The position numbers were made by a program, and so were the translations under genes. A stretch of DNA of 64,000 bases from Paraspadella gotoi (Eukaryota > Animalia > Chaetognatha): positions 11,342,141-11,406,140 of the forward strand of contig CM119270.1 of assembly GCA_051294375.1 (NCBI GenBank), read 5' to 3'. Positions 1 through 16,534 of this stretch are shown one piece after another. The notes under the pieces were generated by a model. It saw only the letters and a program-made list of their open reading frames with translations. It had not been told where the DNA came from and ran no database searches. Every line of letters begins with the position of its first letter. The stretch's first letter is position 1.

Positions 1-246
1 CCTGTAATTCAATTCGATGACAAATCCTCGAGCGGGATTCTTTTTTAATTCCCCCCTTCATTCGAATTCATCGATTTCATTCATTTCATTCATTCGCTCG
101 TTCAGTCGCCCTCACCTTTCCCCGTTTCTTCCTTTCTTTTTCAAAAGAATTTCGTTGAAAGAAACTCGTTTGCTGAGGAGCGGAAGTCCCTTACTCGTTT
201 TCAAAACCTGAAATCGAAATTCGAGGAGAAAATCGAAATAGAAAGA

Positions 247-287
<41 letters not shown>

Positions 288-1689
288 TTAAGGAACAAAG
301 AGTAAAATTAAAAATAAAAAAATCTGAAAAAATACGGAACGGAAAACTAAAGAAAAGAATGAAAGAAAAATAGAAAGAATTAAAAAAAAGAACATGTCAA
401 CGAAATAATGAACTAACGAACGAATAAATTAACCGATCAAAGTTAGCGAAGTAACGAACGGAAAAAAAACGTAAAGAACGAACGAATCTAACAAACAGAA
501 CGAACGAACAACGCAACGGTGGCAAAGAAAAGAAACCTCTGGTGACAGACCCGTATATGAATTATCAATGAAAAAAGGCTCAGAGAGAGAGAGAGAGGTC
601 GAGAGAAGAGAGGGGGACGGAAGGGAGGACGATAGGAAAGAGAGAAAGAGAGCCCGACGAAGAGGGTTGGAGGGAGAGAGAGAGAGAGGGAGAGAGATGA
701 GAGAGAGAGAGAGAAGAGGGAAGAGAGAGAGAGAAAGGAGAGAGAAGAGAGAGAGAGAGAGGAGAGAGAGAGAGTGAGACGCAGAGAGAGAGAGAGAAAG
801 AGAGAAGAGAAGAGGAGAAGGAGAGAGAGAAGGGATAGAGGAGAGAGAGGAGTAGAGAGAGAGAGACGAGAAACGAGAGGAGAGAGAAAGAGGAGAGAAG
901 AGAGAGAGGAGGATATGAGGCGAGAGAAGGAGAGATCGAGATGAGAGAGGCCTCCAGGTAAAAAATCAAGGGAGAGACCATATGGACTGAGAGGAAAAAC
1001 GATTCTGTCCGAGAGACGACGGAAACTCTTCGTCTTTATTCTCTCGACGTTCCTCACTGTAATGGATCAACTTTTTATTTCAATCTACACTGGTCACCGC
1101 ATTTTTTATTTTAATAAATAGAACGAGCAAATATTAACCGTTAATCATAAAAACTAAATGGAGTTTTGCAACTTCGATTTTCAAAATTACCATAAATTAC
1201 TGCACCACATGATAAATATAGACGTTTTCTCCTCAAATTACTTTGACTTTTTAGTCAGCTCATAATGAGCAAAGATTGTGAAACTTAAATTCTTTACAGT
1301 TTCAACTATTTCAAAATTGAAATTGTTAATGAGTTGAAGCAGATGTTTATCAGTCGTAACTTAATAAATAACTTAACATTTACCTTCGAATGGAATTGCT
1401 CTTCCTTTGTCTAATGCTTTTTCTCTTCCATTTTCCCTTTTTTTTTTAGGCGGAGACGAAGAGGGAAAAAACAAGCAGCTGCTTGCAACAAAAAAGAAAA
1501 GCTATCGAACTGAGAGCGAGAAGGAAAAGAAGCAAACAGAAAAAAGAAAGAAAACAGCGGAAGAAGTAAATCGGACGAAAAAAAAAAAACAATGAAAAAA
1601 ACAGAGATTTTGTGACGAGTTTTTTTCTTTTTCTTCTTTTTCCTCCGACGCTTCTTCTCGCCAACGCCCACGGAGTCTCACTCGTCTTC

Positions 1690-1910
1690 GCACGCAGAAA
1701 TTCGCACGCACACACTCGCACTTCCGCGTACGGACGTCTAATACTTTCAGAGTCTCTTCGTGCGTACTGAGGACAGAAGCCGGACAACGGCCAGTTTCAA
1801 AAAAAAAACTTGGTCGCGCGTACAAGGGACGAATGTAATTCTCTGTCACGCGCACGCACAAAAAAAAAAAAGAAAGCACGAAATTCGCGCGCATTATTGG
1901 TCAGTTTGAA
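1690..1910 (+). promoter_or_regulatory. Candidate core promoter of the 2240 exon
   Basis: CpG-rich CGCACGCAC/CGCGCG stretch ending in ATTGG-TCAGTT (1896-1906): a reverse CCAAT box abutting a match to the TCAKTY initiator, ~340 bp upstream of the ATG. Motif-level inference only. Confidence 0.3.
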
Positions 1911-2239
1911 AACAGAAAGGAAAAAAAATCAAATCTACAAATCACTGTAAAATCTTTTGATAAAAGAAAGAAGTGGATGAGACTGAGAAAGAAAAATTAT
2001 AAAGAAAGGCAACGACAAAGAAAAACATCATTAAATCTACAACAAATTAACTCTCAGAGAACTGGAAACAGTGATTGAGCCAGAAAGAAAGACTGAGAGA
2101 AAGAGAGAAGGAAAAGAAAACTTAATATACTTTCTCTCTCTTCGCCGTCGCAAGTTCGAGAAAATCGATTGCAATAACAGCGACGGAAATATCGTCGTCG
2201 TCGTCGTCGTCGTCGTCGACGCGAAAAAAGGCGTCAATT

Positions 2240-3383
2240 ATGAAAATCGGCGCCAAACTCGTCGGGAAGGTGGATCAAGTGGAGGTTGTGGATGGTGGGT
2301 GGGAGAATGAGGTGGATGATGGGAGAGAGATGAATAGAGAGAAGGAGAAAGGAAGAAAAGAATCCGACGAGACGACGAAATTAGTTTCTTTTCGATCGAC
2401 GAATTCACTTTCGTCTCCGTCGAAGAGGATCGAGTTACAGACGGTCGTGTCACCGACGGCCGAGTTACAGACGGCGAAGTCGCAGATGTTTTTTGGTTCG
2501 ACGCCGACGACGGGCGACGTCGCGACTCTGATCTTCTGCCGGAGGAAGAGAAAGGAGAAGATTAGGAGGAGGAAGGGGCGATCCTCCGACAGTTCCTCCT
2601 CCGACATCCAGTTGTCAAACAGCGACTTCAATAACAACAACAACAACAACGCCTCGATCACTGCCTCCCGTCCTCGCAACTCCGCCGTCGACACCCCGCT
2701 ACCTTCTCCACCCCCTCGCTCTTCACCCGTCCCTCCCACATGGCCCCGTCTCTCGCCACCGCACCCAACCCCGACCGTGACTCGGCACCCAACCCAGACC
2801 GAGACCCATTACCCCCTCGTCGCCGGACTCGATTCGGCGCGCGTCTCGGCGAAGAACGACGCTCTCGGTGACGACGCAGAGGGCAGCACCGACGACGCAA
2901 CGGACGACGCATCCGCGAAAAGAAACTCGGCCGATGACGCAGCAGACTCCGGGACCGCCCACGGTCCAACGAAACAGAATAACAACGCAGGGACCTCGCC
3001 TCGTGGAAAGGACATCGACGCGACGAAAACGAGTCATCTTTTATTCCGTCGGGACAGCGCCGCTGCCGCCGCCGCAGCCGCCGCGCCGTCCCTCAGCAGC
3101 AGCACGATATCGTTCGATCGCGCGAAGATTCGCTCGGCGAAATTCGACGCCGCAGCCGATGCCACCGCCGATCCCGGCGTCTCGGCGCCGATCGCCCGGC
3201 GAATCATCGCGCCGTCCGCATTTAGGAAAAGCGAAACTACGACGCCGTCGTCGACGACGACGACGTTGACGACGACGACGACGACGACGTCGTGGCGGAC
3301 TCACTCTCCGACCCGCGATCTTTTCTCCAACGCGATCTTGTTCCTCGTCGTGTACAGCGCTTTGGCCGCTCTTCCCGCTCAAG
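2240..3383 (+). CDS. Probable first coding exon of a secreted or membrane protein: low-complexity N-terminus plus a signal-peptide/signal-anchor-like segment; gene unidentified
   Basis: The 1,144-bp GC-rich stretch is stop-free from ATG 2240 (other in-frame ATGs at 2330 and 2486). Its embedded microsatellites are triplets (AAC, GCC, ACG) that keep the frame. It ends in LFSNAILFLVVYSALAALPAQ-G, immediately followed by the consensus donor CAAG|GTGAGT (phase 1). No homology search was possible. Confidence 0.6.
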
Positions 3384-3548
3384 GTGAGTTCAAGTGAGAA
3401 CTTGGTAGGTGGGAGACGTGGGAGAGATGAGATAAGTGAGGAAAGAATGCCGTTAGCTGCCGGCTACGATTGTCATATAACTTTGAAAGTTGGAAGTAAA
3501 ATGTAAATGTTGTTAAAATAACGCTGGATCAATCAATCAATTTATTAA

Positions 3549-4420
3549 TAAACAAGTTTGAGCAAACTATGTCGGATCTGCCTACAATCATTATCGGTAA
3601 TTAATTAATTAATAATTAATTAATAATTAATTCAAGTTAAATAATTATTAATTAATTAAATAATGAATTTATTCAAGTTAATTATTTAATTAATTAGGCA
3701 ATTAATTAATTAATTTGATCAGAAATGTTTGTTTTGATTGAATAATTGACTGATCAATTAATTATTGATTAATTAATTTACTAATTGATTAATTAACTGA
3801 TTAATTATTTGATTAATTAATACATCTTGCATTTACATTTAAAATAAAAAGAAAAAGAAGCATAATCAATTAGTGAAATAGGTTCTTTGTTTTCTCCATT
3901 TAAACTCATTTCCACTGGAACGATTCCATCGAAACTTGATTTCCTGTTTAATCACACACTTTTCTTACCCAAATACAAAAATTTCAAAAGGTCAATCGCC
4001 CCAATCCACTCTCAATTGAGTGAAATTTGGTCATGTTCAAATAGTGAAATATTAATTTATTTTTTCCATTTTAAACTCATTTTCCCTATTTGACGATTCT
4101 CATATCGAAACTTTCCATATACAGCTCAATCACACATCCTTCCCCTACCCACACACAAAATTCATTCCAATCCATCCATCCAATCCACAATGCTATTGGT
4201 GTTTTTTGCTAAGGTGGGAATCGACGGTACCGTACGGGACAGACAGACGGCACGGGACATCGTATTTTTTTTTTTGCAGTTAATTTATTCATAATTCGAT
4301 GTTTGACATGATATATATGTTGACTTTGCCCCGACGCAATATTGAGGGGGGCGGTACCGACGGACCGTACAAAGTGAATTATTGAGTCGAGATCTGCTGA
4401 AAGCAGATCCGACTAAAAAA
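3549..4420 (-). mobile_element. Non-autonomous Helentron-associated element (HINE / DINE-1-like)
   Basis: Read on the minus strand it shows, in order: T-run; subterminal IR (+ strand GCAGATCCGAC, 4403-4413) with its adjacent partial inverted copy (GTCGAGATCTGC, 4386-4397); GACAGACAGACG microsatellite (~4238-4258); two ~171-bp core tandem repeats (from 3871 and 4042); second subTIR GTCGGATCTGC (3571-3581); terminal stem-loop AGTTTG-AG-CAAACT (3555-3568). This order matches the described HINE/DINE-1 architecture. Confidence 0.75.
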
Positions 4421-5251
4421 TCGAGAATAAAACAAGAAAAGTTCTCTTAACCATATCAAAATAAGGATATCAAACCCGGCGTCACAAGTTCCTGTTTCGT
4501 TTAAAACTCGCGGATATCATGATTAGACTCTTGAGTCAGACATCGACGACGACGACCACGACAACGACAACAACAACGACTGAGACATGAGCCGACTGGC
4601 CTGATTTTCTCTTCTTTCCTTTCGAGATTCTTGACTTTCTTCTTCCGACTTTCCTTCGCTTTTCCTTTTTTTCCCCTTTCGTCTCTTCTTTTTAATCTCA
4701 TTTTCTTTCCTTTTTTCCTTTGTTTTTCCACTTTCTATTTAGCTTTCCTCTCCTCAATTTTCATACCTCTCTTTCCCGTTATTTTTAATACCGTATATTT
4801 CTCTCAAGTTCACGTTTTAAAATTATATTCCTCTCTTTATCCTCTGTTTTCCTTTTCTTTCTTATGTTCAACACCTAGTTGCTCTGAATTTTATTTAATT
4901 CTTCTTCTCTTTTCTTCCTTCTTTCTCATCTCAAACTCTTCAGTTTCAACCTTTTTCTCTCCTATTCTTCTAATACTTCTAAACCTTCTACACCTTTACA
5001 TTAACTTCTTTCTTTTCATTTACTATTTCTATTTTTCCTCCCTCTTTCTCCTTCTTCTCCTCCTCCTCCTCCTCCTCGTTGTTTTCCTAATGATTCGTCG
5101 AGAATCGTTCTCTAGAGCCTCCGAGGAGGAAGCCGCCGTCGCGCGGGGGCGTGGAGGAAGGGCCGGAGGGGGGAGGAGAGAGGGAGAGGAAGAAGAAAAG
5201 GGGGAGAATGGCGAGGAGATAAAATAGGTTATGGTGGGACAAAAAGGAAAG

Positions 5252-5296
<45 letters not shown>

Positions 5297-8200
5297 AAGA
5301 TAGATAGAAAAAAAGAGAGAGGCAGATAGAGAGAGAGAGAGAGAATGAGTAGAGATGTCCTCAGAAAATACAGAAAGGAAGGGGGAAAATTCCGACTTGG
5401 AAAACTTTTTTTAGCTAAAAATAAAGCTGTTTCACTCATTGAGTACAACATCTGTGTTTTTAAACCTTAAAATTAATACATTTGTAGGCAATGATAAATA
5501 AAGTTAAGCATATTCCACGATAACTTCAGCTTTATCGGGAATATTGCCTTCATGTTGCATTTACTCAAACTAGTAACTTTTTGGGGATTATTTTTCTGCA
5601 TCTTCCCGTCTTGACCTTGATCAAATAAACATTATTCGTTTTTTTCTCTCATTTTTTACTGCTATTGAATCTCATTTGCATATTAGAGTCTCGACTGTAA
5701 AAAAACCTGTAGGATTCAAATTACCGCGATCAGAAATGTTTTCGCCCACTGCCCCCACGCAGTCACTCACCCGTTGGGCACGAGAGGTGAGGAAGGAAAG
5801 TAGTGGAAGACGGAGAGGAAGAGAGGAGAGGAGACGAGTGATGACGGAGAGGAGATGATAGAGGAGGGAGATGAGATGCGAGGACCTGACGAGACGAGAG
5901 GCTGCCTCGAGAAGGAGAGTGAGTCGACGATCGATATGGAGAGATGTTGACGATAGAAGAGTAACGGACGGATCTCGAGATCGAGGAGCGGAGAGAGAGA
6001 GATGGAGAGCAAGGATGAGGAGGGAGTCGATTTCTTTTCCCGCAACGCTGACACGCTTCGGAAAAGTGCATGAAGAAAGATACTGCCTCTTCTACGTGGT
6101 TCGGTCACATTGTCAGTATGTCTTTGCCAAGCGGCCGAAGAAATGAGGCTGTAGTACAAGATGGAGAGGAGACGGAGAGGGATTCTTATACCTTGCAGTT
6201 GTGACGATGAGAGATGATGAGAGAGAGAGGACGAGAAGGAAGAGAGAGAGGAGAGAGAGATGAGAGAGAAGAGAGATGAAGAAGGAGGAGAGAGAGAAGA
6301 GAGAGAGACTAGTGACTTGTCTTGTTATCATTTTTGAAGAGTTTTTCAGGAAGCAGTCGCCTGTTGTTAATTCACACACGATAGGGTTGAAAAGGGTCAA
6401 AGGGTGGCGGGTCGTGTGACGTTTGATGGTGGTGGACGAGGTGGCTGACGTCAATTAGTTTTGGCTTTAGGTTACGGCAGGTTTTGAGGAGTATGTCGGC
6501 CTTTTTTACGTGAATTTCTTCGTTTTATTTGTTAGCTATGTGGTTTCGGATCAATATTCATCTCAAAAGCGTTGAAAAAATGATTTATCGCTGTTTTGCT
6601 TTAAGGCTTTCGGCGTACGGTATGAAAAAAAACTCGTGGCCGACGCATGAGAGATCGTGAGAGAGAGAGAGGAGAGAGAGAGAAAGAGAAGAGAGATAGA
6701 GAGAGAGGAATGGAGAGAGAGAGGAGAGAGAGAGAGACTGAGAGACGAGAGAGATGAGAGAGAGAGACGATAGAGATGAGAGAGAGTATGAGACAGACAG
6801 ACAGAGAGAGAGGAGAAAGACCCCAAGAAATTACATCCTAAATTAAATAAATAAAGAAGCGGCATTTGCGATGGGTAAAATAAAAAAAAACTCTAGCAAA
6901 AAAAGTTTTTTTCGGTTCACAGATTTATTCGTGAATATTTCATGAATCCTTTATGACTTTGTCTCTCTTCTGACACCTTCAAGTATGAGGTCTCTCTCGC
7001 CGAGGGATTTTTCTTCACTCTCCGTTTTTCTTTTTTTTTTCTCGTCAGACTTTTTAACACTCCCATTATACATGTTTACTTTCTCCCCGGGTTTGTTATC
7101 TGATAGAGAATTCAGTGAAAATTTTTCAGAGACTCATTACTAGTATCAAAATAAAGCAAGTACTGAGACTGCCTCTTTAAAAAGTATTTAAATATTATTA
7201 TATTCTTGGTCCGCTAAGCTTAATTAAAATTCACGTAAACAAAATTTGATTTAAAAGAAAAACCATTTCTCACTTAAATTCACAAGCTCACAACTCACAT
7301 TCACTCGAGACGAAATCCAAACTAATATATTTTTCACCGACGTTCGTAAAATGACTGAAAATAAAACGAAGTGAAAGGATAGAAGAGAAAAAAAAAGTTG
7401 GAAAGCGATTGTGAAGAGAAATGAAGAAGAGAAATGAAGAAGAGGTGAGTTAAAGGCGGACGACGGATCGAAGCCAAGCCAAGCGTCCAACTCACTTACT
7501 TTTTTTTCTCTCAGATAAAAAAAAGAGATAAGAAATATCGGGTTAACGATCTGGAACTGGGTAATGTCGAGGACGGTGAGGGGAAAGGTAGACCGACTTT
7601 ACTCGGTTGTTCTCTGAAGGTAAATCATCGAACGTTAAAACGACAAAGGATTTTTTTTAGATTTTCTTTTCTTTTATGTACAACCCATTTCAAAATAGAT
7701 TTCGTAATATTTGATTGCTATTACCAAATAAAAATCACTTTCTTTTTGTCTTTTATTACGGAAGAAAAAGAAAGCAAATATGATTAAAAATAATGAACAA
7801 ATAAAAATATAATTTTTTTCGATAAAAACAAGTTTTCCGTAACTTTTTTTGTTTGTTTGTTAATAAATTTTGTCCTCATTGTCTGTAAAAGTCGACGATT
7901 TGGCCCAAATGTCTAACGAGTTTCGTCTCTGCTTTTTTAGTTGTTTTTTTTTTTGTCTCGAAAAAAAAATAAACGATTGCAATGAGTTTGGTTGTGAACG
8001 TCTGCGAATGACGTTGATGAGAATGAAGCAACTTACGGTGAAAGATGTGAACGATAAAATGTTATTGAAAGTTCAAAGGTCATTCCGAGAAGGGAAGAGC
8101 AAATGATGTGGATAAAAATGAAAAATATCGAAACGATAATTTAATATTTAAAAAATAGTAAATGAACATAAACAAAGCGAAAATATGCAAATGAGTTCCT

Positions 8201-10110
8201 TGAACGAACGTAGAAATTGCAAAACGAAAGACGAATCCTCGCGTCAGCCGGAGATTCGCGCCATAAGACTCACGGACCGCGCGAAAAAAAAAGCTACCTA
8301 ACAACGACTATAAAATGCTATAAAAGGCCCTTTTATAGCCCAAAATAGCCTGTACCGCCTGTAATAGCGGGGAAAAACCATCACGCCCTTTTTTCTCTTT
8401 ATCTCTCTCTCTCTCTCTTTTAGTCGCAGTTATTCCTCCTTTTTCTCTTTTTTTTTGATCTTTTCGCTTCCTTCCTTCTTTCCTTCGTTTTTTTTTCTTT
8501 TTTTCTTTTTTATTTTGCCTCCTTTTTTTTCATTCTCTTCTTTTTTTCTCACCGTAATGGCGTTTTCCCTTTAACCGTCTCGTCCTCTCGCTGTTTACCT
8601 CGAAGAGATAGTTGATGACTTCTNNNNNNNNNNNNNNNNNNNNNNNNNNNNNNNNNNNNNNNNNNNNNNNNNNNNNNNNNNNNNNNNNNNNNNNNNNNNN
8701 NNNNNNNNNNNNNNNNNNNNNNNNNNNNNNNNNNNNNNNNNNNNNNNNNNNNNNNNNNNNNNNNNNNNNNNNNNNNNNTTTTTTTTTTCCATCTTCAGGT
8801 TTTCCTCTTCTCGCCTCGACCCTACATTTTTGTCCGCTTCCGTTTTTCTCTCTCTCTCTCTCCTACTCTCCCTCTCTCCCTCCCTCCTCCCCCGCGTGTC
8901 GACTGAGCGAAAAAAATGGATAGATTCTGTGATAAAAGCGTGAACGTGATTCCGTCAACGCGTTGAGATGCATCACAGCAAAACTGCGAAAAGAAAAAAA
9001 ATGAAAAAGTTGGAAAATAGGGTTTTTTTTTGTCATTCGAGAGATTAATCTTGAGATTAATTCTAAGATTTACAATAACGCCTTCCTGCTTTTATTGCCC
9101 GGTGTTTCGTAATCTTTTTCAACAAGTCAGGTCGTTGTGCCCGATGGCAATTTTTCAAAATGGTTTATAGCAGTCTTCGGTATTGTTTTTATTATTATTA
9201 TTGTCGTTATCGTTTTTTTACTTTTTTGTGTTTATTTCTTAATGATTAATCCCTATTCATACGAATATTCCTTTTAATGTCCAAACCCTTGGGTCGACAA
9301 CAACAACAACATCTACTAAAATTGTTAAAAGTCTTCGGCTAAAATTAATATTAATGGAAAAAGCTGTAGCGGCGGGGTTTTAGGTATAACAAGATTCTCG
9401 TTCATGGCTGGAGATCAGAGAGGAAAAAAAATTTCCTTTCCTTTCCTCGCGCTCTCCTTTTCTCTTTCCTTTCTTAATTTCCTTCCCCTCATTTTTCATT
9501 CCCNNNNNNNNNNNNNNNNNNNNNNNNNNNNNNNNNNNNNNNNNNNNNNNNNNNNNNNNNNNNNNNNNNNNNNNNNNNNNNNNNNNNNNNNNNNNNNNNN
9601 NNNNNNNNNNNNNNNNNNNNNNNNNNNNNNNNNNNNNNNNNNNNNNNNNNNNNNNNNNNNNNNNNNNNNNNNNNNNNNNNNNNNNNNNNNNNNNNNNNNN
9701 NNNNNNNNNNNNNNNNNNNNNNNNNNNNNNNNNNNNNNNNNNNNNNNNNNNNNNNNNNNNNNNNNNNNNNNNNNNNNNNNNNNNNNNNNCCGCCAATAAA
9801 ACTATATTATTGTAAAATATATCTTCTGAAAGTTGAACCAAATCTGCTTTGATTACAAGTTTTTATTTTTTATTACTTAAATACAGAAAATAAGCCTCCG
9901 CATTCAAATTTTTCGATCATATTTTAATTCAACTTCGATTCATATTCAACGAGTATTATTCATGGCAGCGATTTTTCCGTCCTCTTCCTCCTCCTCCTCC
10001 TCCTTCTCCTCTTCCTACCCCCCTTTGCTCCTTTCCGGCAATTCCGCCNNNNNNNNNNNNNNNNNNNNNNNNNNNNNNNNNNNNNNNNNNNNNNNNNNNN
10101 NNNNNNNNNN

Positions 10111-12880
<2,770 letters not shown>

Positions 12881-13592
12881 TATATATTTTCTTTAATCCT
12901 TCCTCATCTTTCCTTTCCTTCCTTTCCTCCCTCGTCCTTGCTTTCATTTCACCTTTCCTTATTCTTTCCTCCTTCCTTCTCCTTCTCCCTCGTCCTCTAT
13001 AATTTTCTCTTAATTCCTTTCCTCATTCTCCTCCTCTCCTTTCCTCCCTCGTCCCTTCTATTATTCACTTTAAATCCTATCTCTCATTCTTTCCTCCTTC
13101 CTTCCTTTCCTCCCTCGTCCTTCTTTCCCCCTTCCTTCCCGTTTCCATCGCTCGATCATATTTCCATCGAGGTGAGAAAACGGTGACCCTGACGTTTCGT
13201 TATGGAATATATTCACGCGGGTTTGACACGACAGGGATGGCACTAGAGAAGGCGCCGCGAGCACTGAGAGGATGGCACCGCCGCAACGAAGAAGGGGGGG
13301 GTGCGTCTCTCCCTTGTGAAACCCGTTGTTATAGACGTTTCGTTTATTGCCAGACCGCGGAAATCATAAAATTTTCATTCCTACTTTTTATTAGGGGTAA
13401 CTCTACGATTTATTCCATTGGTTCTTCCGACTTGTGTGAAATAGGGAAAAAAGAATTTATTTGTTCTTCAGGTAATATTATCGAATGCACAGAGTCTTTT
13501 GAATGAGTTTCCTGTTACGGAAAAATCCTCAAATTCACTGTGTATCTTTTTCCACCAGTTTTTGGACTCGGATCGATTCTCATCATTATTCT

Positions 13593-13624
<32 letters not shown>

Positions 13625-13746
13625 CTTTTCGTCACTTTATTTTTCGTCGAATATAACGTCATCACTGTCATCACCGTCATCGACGACGTCGTCATCGACG
13701 TCTTGACTTGACTTGACAGGCGTTCGTCCTACGTGGGACTGTCTCA

Positions 13747-13797
<51 letters not shown>

Positions 13798-14079
13798 TCG
13801 AATAAGCATCACCATAAACACGAATACGTTGTTCGTGTTTAAGGTCAGACTCACGTTTATCGGAAACCCATTTCGTCGCTTGAGTTTTTAATGATTGTTT
13901 TTGCTTTTCCTTGATGTTTCTGTTAATTCTGTTGTTCCAGTTGTTGTTGTTGCTGTTGTCTTTGTTGTTTCTCATCAAGAAAACAATCGAATCGAGATCC
14001 TCCCGTGACTGTTTTTAAAGGTCTCTCTTCGCTGATGAAGTGAAAAGGCAGCTGGTTCCTCTCTATTCTTCTCCTTTCT

Positions 14080-14164
<85 letters not shown>

Positions 14165-14650
14165 TTTACTCTTCTCTTTTACTCTCTCTTTGCTTTCCTC
14201 CCGGCGTGTTTCCAGCTAAGGAACAACAATAACAACTACAACAACGCCGATATCACCCACCCAAAACTTATCCCTGCTCCAAATTCCAAACTCTGGCAAT
14301 TTTACACAACAATGCTCTTTGACGTCTTTCTCCGTCCTCGCATTCGTCATCAGTGTCGTTTATATCGCTAAATCGTAGTCCTCAACGTCGTTGTCGTTGA
14401 TGTCGTCATCGTCGTCGTCGTCGGCTTATAATAAGTTGTATCGCCGTCGTAGTCAACATCGTCGAAATGTTTTTTTTCTTTTTGAAATTTGTTTTTCTTC
14501 AAACTAAAAAAGAACAAACTATTATACAATTTGCTGGCTGTTAGCTTTTTTTAATCAACCATTGTCTTCATCGATTTAACTATGTTCGATGTCGCTTTAG
14601 AAACTTAAACTTTTATACATTTTTAAAATGATTTGAAATACTCTAAGCCT

Positions 14651-14682
<32 letters not shown>

Positions 14683-15927
14683 TCCGTCGTCGCTGTCGAT
14701 GTCGTCATGATTTGTTTATGCCCTCGCTCTCACCAATTGCCTTTTTTATGGGTCGCGAGCAAAGGGTGGAGTGTGTGGATGGTGAGGTGGCGCTGGTGGA
14801 GGTGGTGGTGGTTGGGAAAGGGTGCCGGGGTCACAGCCCATCCGGTCCCGAATATGTTGATGAAGAATAAAGTGAAAAAACGCGATGGAAAAGCCCATTG
14901 TTCCAAAGTTCCAGCAGCGGAAGGAGAGAGAGGAGAGAGGAGATAAAGAGAGAGGAAGAAGATCGGAGGCGGGAGAGGGAGAGGAAGGAGGAGAGAGAGG
15001 GACGGGAGAGAAGGATGATAGAAATGAGAGAGGAAGCTTGAAGAGGAGAGGAGAGGGAGAGAGAGAGGAGAGAGAGAGAGAGATGAGGAGAGGAAGGGAG
15101 AGATGGAGAGAGAGGAGGAGAGAGGACATTTACACGAGAATAAAAATCCTAGGAGAAATGACGCATAAAAACTCCACAGATCGAGTCAGAGAGAAAAAGA
15201 TCGGAAGAGGGAAGGATTTTTTCATGATTGAATATGACTTCCGAAATACTATGTAACTTTTTTCTTTTAGACTTCTTTCTAGTGCGAGAGATAAACATGG
15301 CCAGGGACACGATCGCGCGTCGTTGAGGACATGCCAAAGCCGTCCATGTTAATTTCATCTCGATTTCATTTCGAGATTACATACTGATTCAATGCCCAAT
15401 CGGTAAAAATTTCATGTCGACTCCATACCTATTCCATAGCAACTCCAAGACTAAAATCTGTATTTATTCCATATGCACTCCATCTGTTTCCTAGACGATA
15501 TATTTGCCCGTTCTGTGTCGATTCTATTTCGTTTTCTTTTAGATTCCATGTCGATTCTCTGCCGATTCCATGCCCACGCCTAATGTCCGGTATTTTTTCA
15601 CATTACAAAAAAGAAACGCGAAGGGACGAAGATGTTGCACTCTCCGACGACGACGACGACGACGACGACGACGAAGAAGAAGAAGACAACGACGACGTCG
15701 AGGAAGACGACTCCAGTATGACATTTACCGACTCGGCTTGACATTTAGAGGGCGCCTAGCTCGGGACTGGATGGCCTTTAAGACCGAGAACGTGTCGCCG
15801 TTGTGTCACTAGGCGGGGCCGGATGTGAGGGGGGGAGGGAGATCCGTTATGGATCCTAATCTGGATCACGTGATCGGATTCTCACTTTGAGCGCATTTTT
15901 TTATATTTTTTTTTAGTCAATCGAATG

Positions 15928-15944
15928 TGATGATGATATTGATA

Positions 15945-16015
<71 letters not shown>

Positions 16016-16027
16016 AATGATAATGAT
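15928..16027. repeat. (GAT)n microsatellite
   Basis: Near-perfect GAT run. Confidence 0.95.
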
Positions 16028-16494
16028 ATCAAAAAGACGATGCTAAATAGAATATATATGACGTAGAGTAAGATTATGCTTTCGAATAAAGGCGATGCAT
16101 AAGAAAGGAAATAGTTTCTAGAGCTGACGAAGCTGACAACATTTCCGACAGCTAATCAAAATATGGAAAAAAATAGAAAGAGAAATATGAACGTTTAAAC
16201 ATCTAAAGTAATAATTAGTCTGTCTTTATTTCTTTTCTTTTTTCTCTCTTTGTTTCTATCTGTCTTACTCCATTTTCCTTTTTCTCTCTTTTTATTTTTC
16301 TCTTTTTCGCTGCTTCTCTCTCTCTCTTTCTCTCATTGCGCATGAGTCTCGTCATTCAGTCGATTGAAAGAAAGAAAGAAAGAAAAAAAAAGAAAGAAAG
16401 AGCAGAAGAAGAGAAATGAGTTTCCTCCGATATATCGAGTCTTTTTCCGTGCGTCCACCTCAGATTCGCTGCTTTGGACCGAAGAAAAGTATCT

Positions 16495-16534
<40 letters not shown>

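Noticed and set aside
7515-7619. Possible exon 2 (CTCTCAG acceptor ... GAAG|GTAAAT)
   Set aside because: Joining in phase 1 from 3383 hits TAA after five codons, and the peptide has no recognisable domain.
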